The position numbers were made by a program, and so were the translations under genes. A stretch of 64,000 nucleotides of DNA from contig OX597819.1 of assembly GCA_951406725.2 (NCBI GenBank), positions 13,950,001-14,014,000 of the forward strand, given 5' to 3'. This DNA is from Octopus vulgaris (lineage: Eukaryota). The notes under the pieces were generated by a model. That model did not search any database and was not told where the DNA came from. It saw only the letters and a program-made list of their open reading frames with translations. Below are positions 30,961-44,559 of the stretch, piece after piece (the stretch's first letter is position 1; every line of letters begins with the position of its first letter).

Positions 30961-30993
<33 letters not shown>

Positions 30994-30999
30994 ACTGTG

Positions 31000-31037
<38 letters not shown>

Positions 31038-31536
31038 ACACGCAACCAGTCACACATACATGAACACTAACACAGCTTGCGGAAAGACAACCCAAGTTAT
31101 TCCTCCACCAGCTGCTCACATACCACCCACCCCCCCGTATATCTCTCTCTCTCTCTCTCTCTGTCTCTCCTTTCCTCTCTCTCTCTCTCTGTCTGTCTCT
31201 CTCTCTCTCTCTCTTGCATCTACTACGGACAAATATTTACTCGCGCACACGCATACCAATATGTGTGCGTGTGCATATATTTACATATATACGTGTATGC
31301 ATACGTATGTATAGATATATATGCACAGACACTCTCTCATAATAAATATGCATATTAAAATAGATGCATAACAAAAAATCGCATATACATATATATATAT
31401 GAAGAGAAATAAATATATAACTTGTGTCTGAACATTATGCGTCTACAAACATGCTTATACGTAGGTGTATGTATTTGTGGTGGTGGTGCGGGGGTGGGCA
31501 GCTGAGTCCGACGTGTTAGGTTCCTTCTTACGGAAA

Positions 31537-31626
31537 CTTTTACGTTACGTGGGACTTTTACGTTACGTGAGACTTTTACGTTACGTGGGACTTTTACGTT
31601 ACGTGGGACTTTTACGTTACATGGGA
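31537..31626. repeat. 18-bp minisatellite x5 (CTTTTACGTTACGTGGGA)
   Basis: Directly visible. Confidence 0.95.
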
Positions 31627-31674
31627 CCGAACCAAACAGTTAAAAACTAATAATGATAATAGTAACAATGTCTT

Positions 31675-32511
31675 CACATTTTGCCACAAGGGGAAGCAAT
31701 TTGTGGGAGGGGGAAGGGGGCGGATAGTCGTTTACATCGACCCCAGTACATATAACTGGTACTTAATTTATCGACCCTGAAAGGATGAAAGGCAAAGTCG
31801 ACCTCGGCGGAATTTGAACTCAGAACGTAGCGGCAGACGAAATAACCTATTTCTTTACTACCCACAAGGGGCTAAACACAGAAGGGACAAACAAGGACAG
31901 ACAAACGGATTAAGTCGATTATATCGACCCCAGTGCGTAACTGGTACTTAATTTATCGACCCTGAAAGGATGAAAGGCAAAGTCGACGTCGGCGGAATTT
32001 GAACTCAGAACGTAACGGCAGACGAAATACCTATTTCTTTACTACGCACAAGAGGCTAAACACAGAGGGCACAAACAAGGACAGACAAACGGATTAAGTC
32101 GATTATATCGATCCCCAGTGCGTAACTGGTACTTAATTTATTGACCCCGAAAGGATGAAAGGCAAAGTCGACCTCGGCGGATTTGAACCCAGAAATGTAA
32201 CGGCAGACGAAATTCCGCTAAGCCTTTCGTCCGGCGCGCTAACGATTCTGTCAGGCTCACAAACAGCAAAAGACCCCCAGCTTATGTCGGGGGTGGTAAT
32301 AATAATAATAATAATCCTTTCTACTATTGGCACAAGGCCGGAAATATGGGCGGAGGGCACTAGCCGATTACATCGACGCCAGTTTTTCACTGGCATTTAA
32401 TTTATCGATAACGGCAGGATGAAAGGCAAAGTCGATCTCGGCGGATTTTGAACACAGAACGTAAAAACAGCATTTCGTCCGGCGTCCTAACGCTTCAGCC
32501 AGCTCGCCGCC

Positions 32512-32556
<45 letters not shown>

Positions 32557-32645
32557 CCGTTTTAAGCTAGGCACAAGGCCTGAAATTTGAGGGAGGGTGC
32601 CAGTCGATTACATCGACCCCAGTGCATAACTGGTACTTATTTCTT
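31675..32645 (-). mobile_element. Tandem array of SINE B copies (about 5 partial or full)
   Basis: Repeated CGACCCYGAAAGGATGAAAGGCAAAGTCGAC. Confidence 0.9.
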
Positions 32646-32843
32646 CGACATGCTGATGTATATGGATCGATACATAGACATGCAAATATATATATATGCT
32701 CGCGTGCACACACACGAGTATGCATATAAGATCGAAATTTCGAAGTCACTCTCATCCCATTTTCCCTATAAAAGTTAATAAATATTGATTCTACTAAGAA
32801 AAAAAAACAAACTATTGAGTAATTCTTGATTGATCGTTAAATT

Positions 32844-33275
32844 CAGTTTTATATTTAAGAGATGAGGAATTATTTACATTATTTACATTTGACTGATATT
32901 TGTCCTCATCTTGTTTGTTGTTGACACAACGTTTCGGCTGATATCACCCAGCCTTCATCAGGTGTCATGGAGAAATTTTGAACCTGGGTTCTCATTCCTA
33001 AGGTATTTTTCGTTGTTGTTGTTCAGGTCACTGTGTCGAACCGAGCTCGGAATCTTGTTCACTCCAAGATTCCGAGTTCGATTCCAGGCAGTGACCTGAA
33101 TAATAATAATAATAATAATAGCATCGAAAAATACCTTAGGAATGAGAACCCTGGTTCGAAATTTCCCCCCAAGACACCCGATGAAGGCTGGAGGGTATAT
33201 CAGCCGAAACATTGTGTTAACAACAAACAAGATGAGGACAAATATCCGTCGAATGTAAATAAGGTAAACAATGTA
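32844..33275. mobile_element. Fold-back element: tRNA-like B box plus hammerhead on each arm
   Basis: 11-bp TSD ATCGTTAAATT; arms meet at ~33057/33065; GAGTTCGATTCC at ~33074; second copy at 53941-54135. Confidence 0.85.
32922..32967 (-). ncRNA. Minimal type-I hammerhead ribozyme
   Basis: TGACAC-CTGATGA-A-GGCTG[GGTGATAT]CAGCC-GAAAC-GTT-GTGTCA; perfect 6-bp stem I, palindromic AACGTT in place of stem III. Confidence 0.75.
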
Positions 33276-33359
33276 ATCGTTAAATTGTTATTGTCATAAC
33301 TTGGCATCAAAACAAACATTAATACACACACACTCGTGTGCATATTCTTCATAGCCATA

Positions 33360-33730
33360 GGCGTAGGAGTGACTGTGTGGTAAGTACCTTGCTTACCAAC
33401 CACATGGCTCCAGGTTCAGTCCCACTGCGTAGCACCTTGGGCAATTTTTCTCTACTATAGTCTGGGGCCGACCAAAGCCTTGTGAGTTGATTTGGTAGAC
33501 GGAAACTGAAAGAAGCCCGTCGTGTATATATGTGTGTGTGTGTGTGTTTTCCTTCCACCATCGCTTGGCAATCGACGTTGGTGTGTTTACGTCTCCGTAA
33601 CTTAACGGTTCGGCAAAAGAGAACCGATAGAATAAGTACTAGGCTTACAAAGAATAAGTCCCGGGGTCGATTTGTTCGACTTAAAGGCGGTGCTCCAGCA
33701 TGGCCGCAGTCAAATGACTGAAACAAATAA
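33360..33730 (+). mobile_element. SINE family A
   Basis: Consensus match, CpGs retained. Confidence 0.9.
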
Positions 33731-34189
33731 AATATTCGTGCGTGTGTGTGACAGAGAATATCCAATTTGATGATGTTGTTGTTGTTGTTACTAATGTAGC
33801 ATATTTTGCTCGACAAATCGTAACTCGACTGAGGCGTGACAGAGTAGCGTCACACCTCCATTTGTTGCGCCTCTATGCACACACATGCGCATCTGTTTAT
33901 ACACCCTCTTGCATATATATATACATACATACGGGTATGTGTGTTTTGGCGAGCAGTAAGGATGAAAAAGTCAAAAAGTACAGAGGCGTGAATCTTTCTA
34001 ATAAACCCGTGAAACTATTTCTCATGTGTGTGTGTGTGTCTGTATTTATGTTTGCCTCTTCTCTCCCTCCTCACCCCTCTCTCTCTCTCTCTCTCTCTGT
34101 ATAAACACACACACAGACGTATGTATTTATATGTATATTATATACACACACATATGAACACATACATATCTATCTTCTTGTCTGTTTAT

Positions 34190-34645
<456 letters not shown>

Positions 34646-34724
34646 CGTCAGTAAATCATAAATCCGAAAGAGGAGCACGTTCTAAGTTATAGAGCAGTAG
34701 AGTATGTAAAGATAGATATGGTCA

Positions 34725-34773
<49 letters not shown>

Positions 34774-34897
34774 AAAGTAAAAAAATACAAACTGGGACAA
34801 GAACGTGAAACATTTAGAAGACGACACAAAAAACACGGACGGGACATTCGAAGCCTTCAATCTTCAGTCAAGAACCGGATCATCTTCGCAATTTCGG

Positions 34898-34993
<96 letters not shown>

Positions 34994-35129
34994 TGATGCC
35001 TAATAAATATAAACACTATAAAATGCATGGGTACTTGTTGTATATCTGTATTGTCTATAGATGTGTGTAAAATATTTGTGTGTGTGTGTGTGTGTGTTCG
35101 CGTGTAAAGATAGACATAAATAGCTGTAT

Positions 35130-35243
35130 GGTTCCCCCCACCCCCCTTCCCCCGTCCCCCGCCACTACCATCTCTCCCCACCTCCCCACCTTCCCGCCTC
35201 CACCCGCCACCCATCCTCCGCCCGCCACCCGCCTCCACGCACC

Positions 35244-35250
<7 letters not shown>
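35130..35250 (+). promoter_or_regulatory. Candidate promoter: C-rich tract with clustered GC boxes
   Basis: Multiple CCCGCC and CCCCACC motifs in a TE-free, CpG-retaining zone upstream of a consensus donor. Confidence 0.4.
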
Positions 35251-35287
<37 letters not shown>

Positions 35288-35684
35288 TTCACCATTCACA
35301 CTCACTCCATCCATCCAAACAGCGCAGCTTTTACGAGGAGAAGCTTTACGAAGACACCACACACACACACACACATACACAAACACAATCACACACACAC
35401 ACATAAACGCATAAACATAAACACACTCACGTACATTGTACACACACACACTCACACACTCCACAAACATAATATATCTCAGTCGAGTTGTTATTAGGAG
35501 GACCACACTCACATTTCGCTGGAGCTTATTAATTCAATCGGATGTGTTTTTAGACCGTGTTGTGATCGCGTCCATCATCGATAGATTATCATCGATACCA
35601 ACAACTATTCTGTATATTGATCACATTGCTTTCTCCGCTTGTTTCTTTGGATTTTAGTTTTCTTACATACATACATACACACAC

Positions 35685-35728
<44 letters not shown>

Positions 35729-35861
35729 GCATCTTTTAAAGAACCAAGATAAAAGTTTACATCCATCCATTCTACATGGACTTTCTACATACGATGTGAT
35801 ACATTACATCAAAGGCATACACAAATGAAATAGTTGTTTGTGCGTGTATATATACATACAT

Positions 35862-35896
<35 letters not shown>

Positions 35897-36355
35897 AATA
35901 TATACATTCATACACACATACATATATTGCATGTTTGCCCGTTATACATACTTATGTAAACATACACAGACACAAGCAACACACATGTATTTCTGTATAT
36001 ATACACATGTAAACCACGTTCGCTCATTCTACACACCAGACCATCCGCATTCAAATATACACACATAAATTCATGATTATGTACCTTCGTCTATTCACAT
36101 TTGATACACATAAACGAACAGATTGTTCGTGCACCGAATAAACATACATCACACACTCGCGCGCGCACACACACACACGCACGCATACATACATACATAC
36201 ACCCGTGTGTGTGTATGTGCGCGTGTGTGTGTATACATACATACATAAGCACAAAGCATGAATTACACGAATCCTTGTTACCTTGTCAGTGTATATTGTG
36301 GAATTAATTACCCCCCACACCTCCTTAATTAAGGAATTTTGGAGTACCTTGTTTT

Positions 36356-36364
36356 GAGGTAAGT
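36356..36364 (+). other. Consensus 5' splice donor GAG|GTAAGT (putative end of a non-coding first exon)
   Basis: Perfect donor match; context of the CpG transition. Confidence 0.45.
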
Positions 36365-36793
36365 CAGAATTTCCATCGCTTTACCATCATTATCGTCATC
36401 AACATCGATAACAACACCAATATTAGAAGAAAAAATAGCATTTGATTCTTTCTCTCTATCTGTCTTTCATTCTCTTTCTTTCTGTCTCTTTTTCTTTCTC
36501 TCATTCTTTCTCTTTCTTTCTCTGTTTATCAGTCTTTCTTTTTTTCTCTTTCTCTTCGTCTACCTTGCAATCGTTCCCTCTCTCTCTCTCTCTCTCTCTT
36601 TATCTACCTACCTACCTACCTACATACCTACCTACCTATCTATCTATCTATCTATCTACGAAGATACCACACATACACAAACACACACACGCACGCACAA
36701 ATATAAACACACTCACATAAATGTACACGCACTCATATACACAAACATCTACCTACCTATCTATCTATCTACAAACCTACTTATCTATCTATC

Positions 36794-36826
<33 letters not shown>

Positions 36827-36911
36827 CTATCTACCTGTCTCTATCTATCTATCTATCTATCTGTCTCTATCTATCTATCTATCTGTCTGTCTGTCTCTAT
36901 CTATCTCTCTC

Positions 36912-36942
<31 letters not shown>

Positions 36943-37043
36943 GCCTGTCTCTATCTATCTATCTATCTATCTGCCTGTCTCTATCTATCTATCTATCTGT
37001 CTCTATCTATCTATCTGTCTGCCTGTCTGTCTGTCTCTATCTA

Positions 37044-37103
<60 letters not shown>

Positions 37104-38141
37104 CCATCCTAATTGGCCAAAAACAAGACAACGGGATCCTTCTATACGTACCAATTCCTTAAGAATATGTGGCGTGGTGCCAATAATTAGACCGGTGGTG
37201 GATTGACAGAAACATTAACTTTTGGTGTGAAGACGATTTGCGTTGTGAGGTTAAAACCTGCCGGGCTGAACTTAACCTCTTTCCGGGGTTGACTAAGTCA
37301 GGTACCGAAGTCAATACAATCAAATATACCCACAACCCTGAATAGTGGGGGCCTTGTGCCTATGTTAGAAATCAATATTAGAATTTATTATGCATAAATA
37401 TCGATTACATCAACATACACACTAGCCAAGGAGGGAATCTACGTGATTGTTTAACCTGCTAGAAATAGCAGCCAACTCTCCCTCAAATCACAGTCTCCCG
37501 TCCTAGTCCTGAATAACACGTCCAATAATGTGGTCTAGGACTACTTGCACATAAGTGTGATCATGGCTGGGATACCTTTGATCGTCATCTTGATCAGTGA
37601 CTGTTGACCTAGGGTTAAATAACAGCAACTACTGGTTTATTTCGTAATAAATTTAAATGAAGGAATCGGTCGAGTGGCTCTATTGAATATTCTTTTATAT
37701 CCAATAATATTGTGGGGCTTGTAATGTGTGTAATTGCGTGCGTAATATTTAGAAAGAACAGCGAAATCTCCCTCATATCAATTGTTGCTGAATCACACTG
37801 GGTTATATAGTCCTAGATACACTAGGTCTGAAAAATCTTAAACAAAAATCACTTAGGTACTGGTGTGTTTGTCCAAAGTTGGCCGAGCGGTGAACAGCAG
37901 TTCGGCTAATTGGGTACCTTTAGCGAACCCCCACTTTGTTACAAATATTCAGGCCACGTCTTTGGTTTTGTATATATCCACCCCCAATCAATCTTGCAGG
38001 GCCTTGTTTAGGGGTCCATAGGCACTGCTTTTCCCCTTGACTAGAAAAATGAAAAGAGAACGCCAACATGCAACAGGCCGAGACTGACACATTGTAGCAA
38101 AAGAAGATTATGATTACCGTCTCATCATCAAGGTAGACGTG

Positions 38142-38528
38142 AGGCGGCGAGCTGGCAGGGTCGTTAGCACGTCGGACAGAATGCTTGGCAGCAAGCATTT
38201 CGTTTGTCTTTACGTTCTGAGTTCAAATTCCGCCGAGGGCCGTCTTTGCCTTTTATCTTTTCGGGGTCGATAAAATAAGTACCCGTTGAGTATTGGAGTC
38301 GATGTAAAAGACTAGACCCCCTTCCCCCATATTTCAGTTCAAATGATTGTTAGGGTAGACGATTCGGTACTGACGATTCCGCCGAGGTCGACTTTGCCTT
38401 TCATCCTTTCGGGGTCGATAAATTAAGTACCAGTTACGCACTGGGGTCGATGTAATCGACTTAATACCTATGTCTGTCCTTGTTTGTTCCCTCTGCGTTT
38501 AGCCCCTTGTGGGGAATAACGAAATAGA
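38142..38528 (+). mobile_element. Two SINE B copies
   Basis: Consensus match. Confidence 0.85.
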
Positions 38529-39157
38529 TATGTACATACATATGTAAGCAATGTATGTGTGTATGTGTATACGTATGCATGTATGCATTTGCGTATATAA
38601 GTAGGTAGTTATGTGTATGTAGGTGGGTGGGTAGGAATGTGTGTGTATGTATGTGCGTGAATGAATGTGTGTATATACATGCACATCTGCGCACGTGTGT
38701 GCGCGCGTGTTGATAATCAGTTTAACCTGCTAGAAATAACAACCAAATCTTCCTTAAATAATCATAACCCATCTATGTGTTGGTTGTCATAAATGCCCTC
38801 TAAACTAAACGCGATGGTCACAACTAGAATGTCTTCCATCTTCGGTTAACACGAGGAGATTTTATTTAGGGATAAACAATAATAATAATCATTGTATGAA
38901 TTTATTCAGCCCTTGGTCATCAGTGGTCAAGAATGTCTTATGATCGAAAACATTGCAAGTGTGACCGTCACTTAATTTTGGTGAACTTCTGTATACGAAT
39001 ATATTATCTGACGTGTCCTTATTGTTAAGGTAGTAGGTTGTGTGGTGAATGAGATTTAGCTGCTATTTTTAACAAATCGAGTGACCACATAATGGTTACC
39101 GCTTTCACTTTACATTTATAAACAGTTGGAGGCTTTACGCAGTATTTATACATGTAC

Positions 39158-39201
<44 letters not shown>

Positions 39202-39574
39202 GTATATATATGTATATGTATGTATGTATATATATATATATATTTATTTATATATATATACATACACACACTCACACACACACACATGAACGTGTGTTGA
39301 AATTCATACCATCATCGTCGTTTAACGTCCACTTTTCTATGCTTGCATGGGTCAAACAGGATTCGTTGAGGCAGATTTTTCTTTAGCTGGATGCCTTTCC
39401 TGTCGCCAACTCTTGTTTCGTAGCATAGTAGCATTTCCCCATGCTCATTAATGTTTTGCACTGAAGACCAGAAATGAGTGATGCTGCTTGTATGAGGGGG
39501 ATGCTCATTTACAACCACTACGTGTTGCAAAGCACCCCCCTCCATATACATACATGTGTGTGTGTGTGTCTATT

Positions 39575-40120
39575 TATCTGACAAGCTTCATAAAATTTCT
39601 GTCAGTGAAATCCAGTCACAAGGCTTTGACTATAGAAAAAAAGGCACATGCTTAAGGTGCTGTGCATTAGGACTGAACCCAAAACCACATAGTAGGAAAG
39701 CAAGCTTCTTAACCCCTCAGCCACACACACACATATTTATGTCGCAGGCATGGCTGGGTGGTAGGAGGTTTGCTTCTCAATCCCATGATTCTGAGTTCAG
39801 TCTCACTGCGTGGCACCTTGGTCAAGTGTCTTCTACTATAACCATGGGGCAACCAAAGCCTTGTAAGGAGATTTGGTGGACAGAAATTGAAAGAAGCCTA
39901 TCATATATATGTGTGTGTCTTTGTTCTCCACCACAACTTGATAACCAGTGTTGGTGTGTTTATGTCCCCATGACATGGCGGTTAGGTAAAAGAGACTGAT
40001 GAAATAAGTATCAGGCTTAAAAGGAAAAAAAAAATGGAAGTACTGGTGCTGGTTCATCTGACTAAAGATTCTTTGAAGTGGTGCTCCAGTATGGCCACAG
40101 TCTAATGACTAAAGCAAGTA
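39575..40120. mobile_element. Two CpG-decayed SINE A copies, head to head
   Basis: Degenerate family A matches. Confidence 0.75.
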
Positions 40121-40205
40121 AGAGATTGGCTGTAACATTGCCTATTGCAAGAAACCCTGAGTACAACTATGGTGAACTTTATATGTACTCTTCTCTTGTA
40201 CATGC

Positions 40206-41035
40206 CTATTTCTTTACTACCCACAAGGGGCTAAACACAGAGGGGACAAACAAGGACAGACACACGGATTAAGTCTATTATATCGACCCCAGTACGTAAC
40301 TGGTACTTAATTTATCGACCCCGAAAGGATGAAAGGCAAAGTTGACCTCGGGGGTATTTGAACTCAGAACGTAATGGCAGACGAAATACGGCTACACATT
40401 TCGCCCGGCGTGCTAACGTCTCTGCCAGCTCGCCGCCTTTTCTTGTACATACCAGCCTTTCTATGTGTGTGTGTGTGTGTGTGTCAATGAAAGCAGCTGA
40501 AGATTCAACAGGGCGTGTCTGGTTACTGGTTCTGTTTGTGGTTGTTCTGGGGAAGTCACTGAGAATGAGTTGAATGTCAGGCCAGACTGGCTTGGTCATT
40601 TCACTTCGGCTTGCTATTGGATTATTAAGCCAGTTAGTGTCCTGGTGAGTTGTACTACAAGAGGTCAGCGGTGTTAAGCGCATCCTTTGTAGTCTGTGCC
40701 TACAAGGTGGGAGATTCCACAAAGTTGCTTCACATGTTGGAGACATCAGCCAAATTTCCGTCAGATTAACATCCTTGTGACTTAAAATCGAGTGGAGAAG
40801 CTCCGAAAATGGGGCAGTCATGGTTGGAACAACTTTGATGTCAACTATGCCGGGCAAAATGTGTAGCCGTATTTCGTCTGCCATTACGTTCTGAGTTCAA
40901 ATTCCGCCGAGGTCAACTTTGCCTTTCATCCTTTCGGGGTCGATAAATTAAGTACCAGTTACGTACTGGGGTCGATATAATAGACTTAATCCGTGTGTCT
41001 GTCCTTGTTTGTCCCCTCTGTGTTTAACCCATTGT
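40206..41035. mobile_element. Inverted pair of SINE B (40206-40438 -, 40848-41035 +)
   Basis: Consensus match; left copy has TSD TCTTGTACAT. Confidence 0.9.
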
Positions 41036-41469
41036 GTTGTAAAACAACAACAACAGCAACAACTAGGTAAACATATTGTGTGGTCACCATAGATTACTTC
41101 ACTCCTGTCTGTTGTATGTGTTTAAGTATTGGGGGCAGTACATGTCCCATTTTTTGTGTCTAGATTGGGAACTGTGTAGACAGTGGGTTACCTGCTTGGT
41201 TGGCAATCATAGGATTTCTCTTGTTTGAATGATTTGAGAAACAACAAAATGGTTTCGTATTTTGATGCAAGGCCAGTAATTTCAGGTAGGGGCTAAGTTG
41301 ATTACATTGACCCATGTGTCTGACTGGTACTTATTTTATCAACCCCAAAAGTACAAAAGGTAAAGACAGCATTAATAGAATGCTGCCATGACTGAAGGTT
41401 AGAGGCTGGCCCCCATCACCACCACCACCACCACCCCACCTTACTACCCACTGCAGTCTCGGCCTGCAG

Positions 41470-42060
41470 GTTCCTCCTTAATCAGGTCTTGATGTCTTCT
41501 TTCAGACTTTGACTTTATCTCCAGCAAACCCATTTTCTGTCCTTCCAGCCCCTGCGTTTGTGGCCACAATGGTTCTGATCCCTGATAATGTAGCCAAAAT
41601 GTTGCAGTTTTATTTAATGAAAGTTATTGTGCTATCATCATTCATCATTGTTCGACCGTGGTCGAGACAATGGAATTTACCATGCTACGCCAGACTTCAC
41701 GGTCCATCATGGCATTGCGGAGGTCCTGTTGCTGGATGCCTGTATCCCTGGAGATTACATCAGGGTATTGTGTTAACTCTCTTATCTCACTTACAATATT
41801 GTTTATGAGAAGCACCAGTATTGAGTACTACACCAGAGACATTGCACCAAGAGATTGCTTTAACAACAGAAGTAAACTTCCAGGATCACCATTAAGAATC
41901 CTGTTTGTTTTCTCATCTTGTCTTCTGTGCTAATAACATCTTTGGAAAAATGATTATCTTGAATCATTTAGTTTATCTTTATCCAACTCTCAGCCACCAT
42001 AAACATCACATATCCGCATCAACGGTTTTTTGATGCTTCATATACCCTGATTTAAGAAGA
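41470..42060 (-). mobile_element. Old RTE fragment with nested RTE 3' end (41633-41790)
   Basis: KLQHFGYIIR remnant; YPDVISRDTGIQQQDLRNAMMDREVWRSMV followed by a (TGA)n tail. Confidence 0.65.
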
Positions 42061-42167
42061 AAAAAAGTCCTTTTCTCAACTCAGTCTGACTTTACACATC
42101 CAGCAGAATGTGTTTGTCCCTCTTCTTTCAAACTTCCACACAACCTCCGCATTACTTCCTGTATTAC

Positions 42168-42465
42168 TTTTCTACTCTAGGCACAAGGCCTGAAACTTTG
42201 GGGGAGGGGTGGGGTAGTCAATATGATCCCCCCCCCCTCCAGTATGCAACTGGTACTTAATTTATCAACCCTGAAAGGATGAAAGGCAAAGTCGACCTTG
42301 GTGGAATTTGAACTCAGAACATAAAGACAGACAAAATACTGCTAAGCATTTCATCTGATGTTTTTTATTTATTTATTTTTTTTATTTATCTAGTTTCAGC
42401 TCACAAGCTGTGGCCATGCTGGGGCACCGCCATGTACTAACATTTCTGCTAGCTCGTTGCCTTTA
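42168..42465 (-). mobile_element. SINE B interrupted by an ultra-short CR1-type 3' end (~42360-42432)
   Basis: CTAGTTTCAGCTCACAAGCTGTGGCCATGCTGGGGCACCGCC matches 7626-7666. Confidence 0.75.
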
Positions 42466-43342
42466 ACTTCCTATATTTCACTGCCATGCAACATTACACT
42501 TTGTACACAAATCAGTTACCAACATACCTTTGTTATACATAAACATGCATAATGCATAAATAATGTGTAATATATTTAATTAATCTGTACACAAAAGTGA
42601 TGTACGATATATTTAATAAACATAATCCGTTTAATCCTCTTGTGAAAAGAGAATCCATGGATAAGGCCAAGAAACTCGAGCAGCTTCAAATGAACATGGA
42701 CAACTTGTTTCGTTTCATATTAAAGATTTATCAGAAATCGGTTGCCTCACTTTGTATTGGCTGACGTTTGGTATCCAACAACTTTTTTATGACTAACGTA
42801 GATGAATTTTTTACAGGCGTAAAGAAATTTCCATGGTTGACAACTGGGAATAAATAATTAAAGCTTACTGACACTGCATGGTTCTGAATAAATTTGTATA
42901 CAAAAGTCACATGAGATATGTTTATTGAACATATGTATAAGACTTCTATATGCAATATTTATATGCATGTGTATACATAAGTATGTACACATGCAGTACA
43001 CATACACTTCCATGGACATATGAGTGTGCATGTATATATAGGTAGTTGTGAAAATAGACATACAAGTCTCTTTCTCTATGTAGTGTATGCATGTATGTAT
43101 TTATGTATGTATGTATGTATACAGTATATAGTATGAGCATCTATTTTTGTTGTATTTTTCCATGCTGGCATGAGTCATTTTTCTGTTGTGTCTGCCAACA
43201 GCATGAACATTTGTTGAGTGGTGTTTCCCTCTTATTAGGGTGTTGAGGCATCCAAAACTCAACCTTCATTTCGACCAGGGGATCAGTAAAGTTTATCATG
43301 ACTCCAACAGCAGATGTGAGAGTGGAATGTGTCCATGTATAA

Positions 43343-43513
43343 TAATAAGCTGTCGGACGAGATAGTGAAGATGCCAACGACCGCTCAGTTCAAAGTCTCT
43401 CTTGACCAGAAATGGCCTGAACTCTTTGCATGAACACCCTCCCTGTACATAACTCCATGTCCCCCTACATGGCCTTGCTTTTTGCTTTTTGAGCCAAAAA
43501 ATTAACTTAACTA
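43343..43513 (+). mobile_element. 3' end of a second CR1-like LINE family
   Basis: NKLSDEIVKMPTTAQFKVSLDQKWPELFA* plus short UTR ending TTAACTTAAC. Confidence 0.65.
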
Positions 43514-44559
43514 TGTGTCCACAAATCTCCTATTTAGTTTTATCCTTAATCTGTGGGATGTGTTGAGCCCTCATAAGCAGTCTGGTGTATGTACCATTAG
43601 AGCAATCTTGAAGTTCCTTCACAGTCCATATTCTGACTCCTTAGACAAGATGTTCTCTCCATATTCCCTGAACAAGGCCAACCTCATTGACATTAAAATA
43701 GTTGATTGTCATAAATTTGACATGGGAAATTCACAATGTCTTATTTAGAAGCATGGTGTATCTAGGTCTACCTTATCCAATGTGTCCTTCCTTTTTTAAG
43801 ACAGTAAAGTGTGATATGAGAGATCTTTGACTGTCATTTGCAGCAAACAAATAACATAGAGGCTTTGTTGTTGTTGTTGTTTACCACCCGGTCTTTTCCC
43901 AAGGTTCAAGCCGACACTCTTTTTTTGTAACAGTAGTATTTGATTAGAGAGATATTAGGCTGCTATTTCTAGTAGGCTGGATTTGTCACTCCCAGAAGGA
44001 TCAAAAACAAAGTAAACCTCAGAGTGAGATTGAACTTAAGTGTAAAAGGCTACAACATAGTCTGTTTAATGCTCTACATATTCTGCTCTCATATTTGGCC
44101 AATTTTAGAGCAGTGGCATGTGTCATTTATGAAAGATTTGGTTGCTCTTTTTAGCAGTTTAAACAAACCTGTAGAGACTTCCTCACCAGATTGGTGAAGA
44201 TTAGGCTTATCCCTGAATCCAAGTGATGGAATCTCTACACTGCTTGAGTACAGCAGTCAAATCTCTCTTAAATCACTCCTTACTGTCACACAAAAAGGTA
44301 GGGTACATTGAATAATGTAGTCCTAGATACACTATTCCTGCCATAAAAGATGAGATAGCCACCACATGACCATCCCAATTGAGTTTGAATTGAGGCTAAA
44401 TAACTACAAATGCACAAGATTTTAGGTCTTTGGTAAGTTCTGATTAGGTAAGAAGTTAGAAATATCAACTGGAACAGTAATGTGGTGGCATTAAACCATT
44501 TCCTGGTCACATTCTTAATGAAAGACATATTTTAAAATTAATTTTGAAAATAATTGATG

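Noticed and set aside
31537-31626. Possible CRISPR array
   Set aside because: Contiguous tandem units without spacers; eukaryotic context; no cas genes
40312-40884. 190-aa minus-strand ORF
   Set aside because: Starts and ends within SINE B copies, crosses a (CA)n tract, and has no recognisable domain
42650-42760. Short ORF MDKAKKLEQLQMNMDNLFRF...
   Set aside because: Only 35 codons, no splice signals or family match
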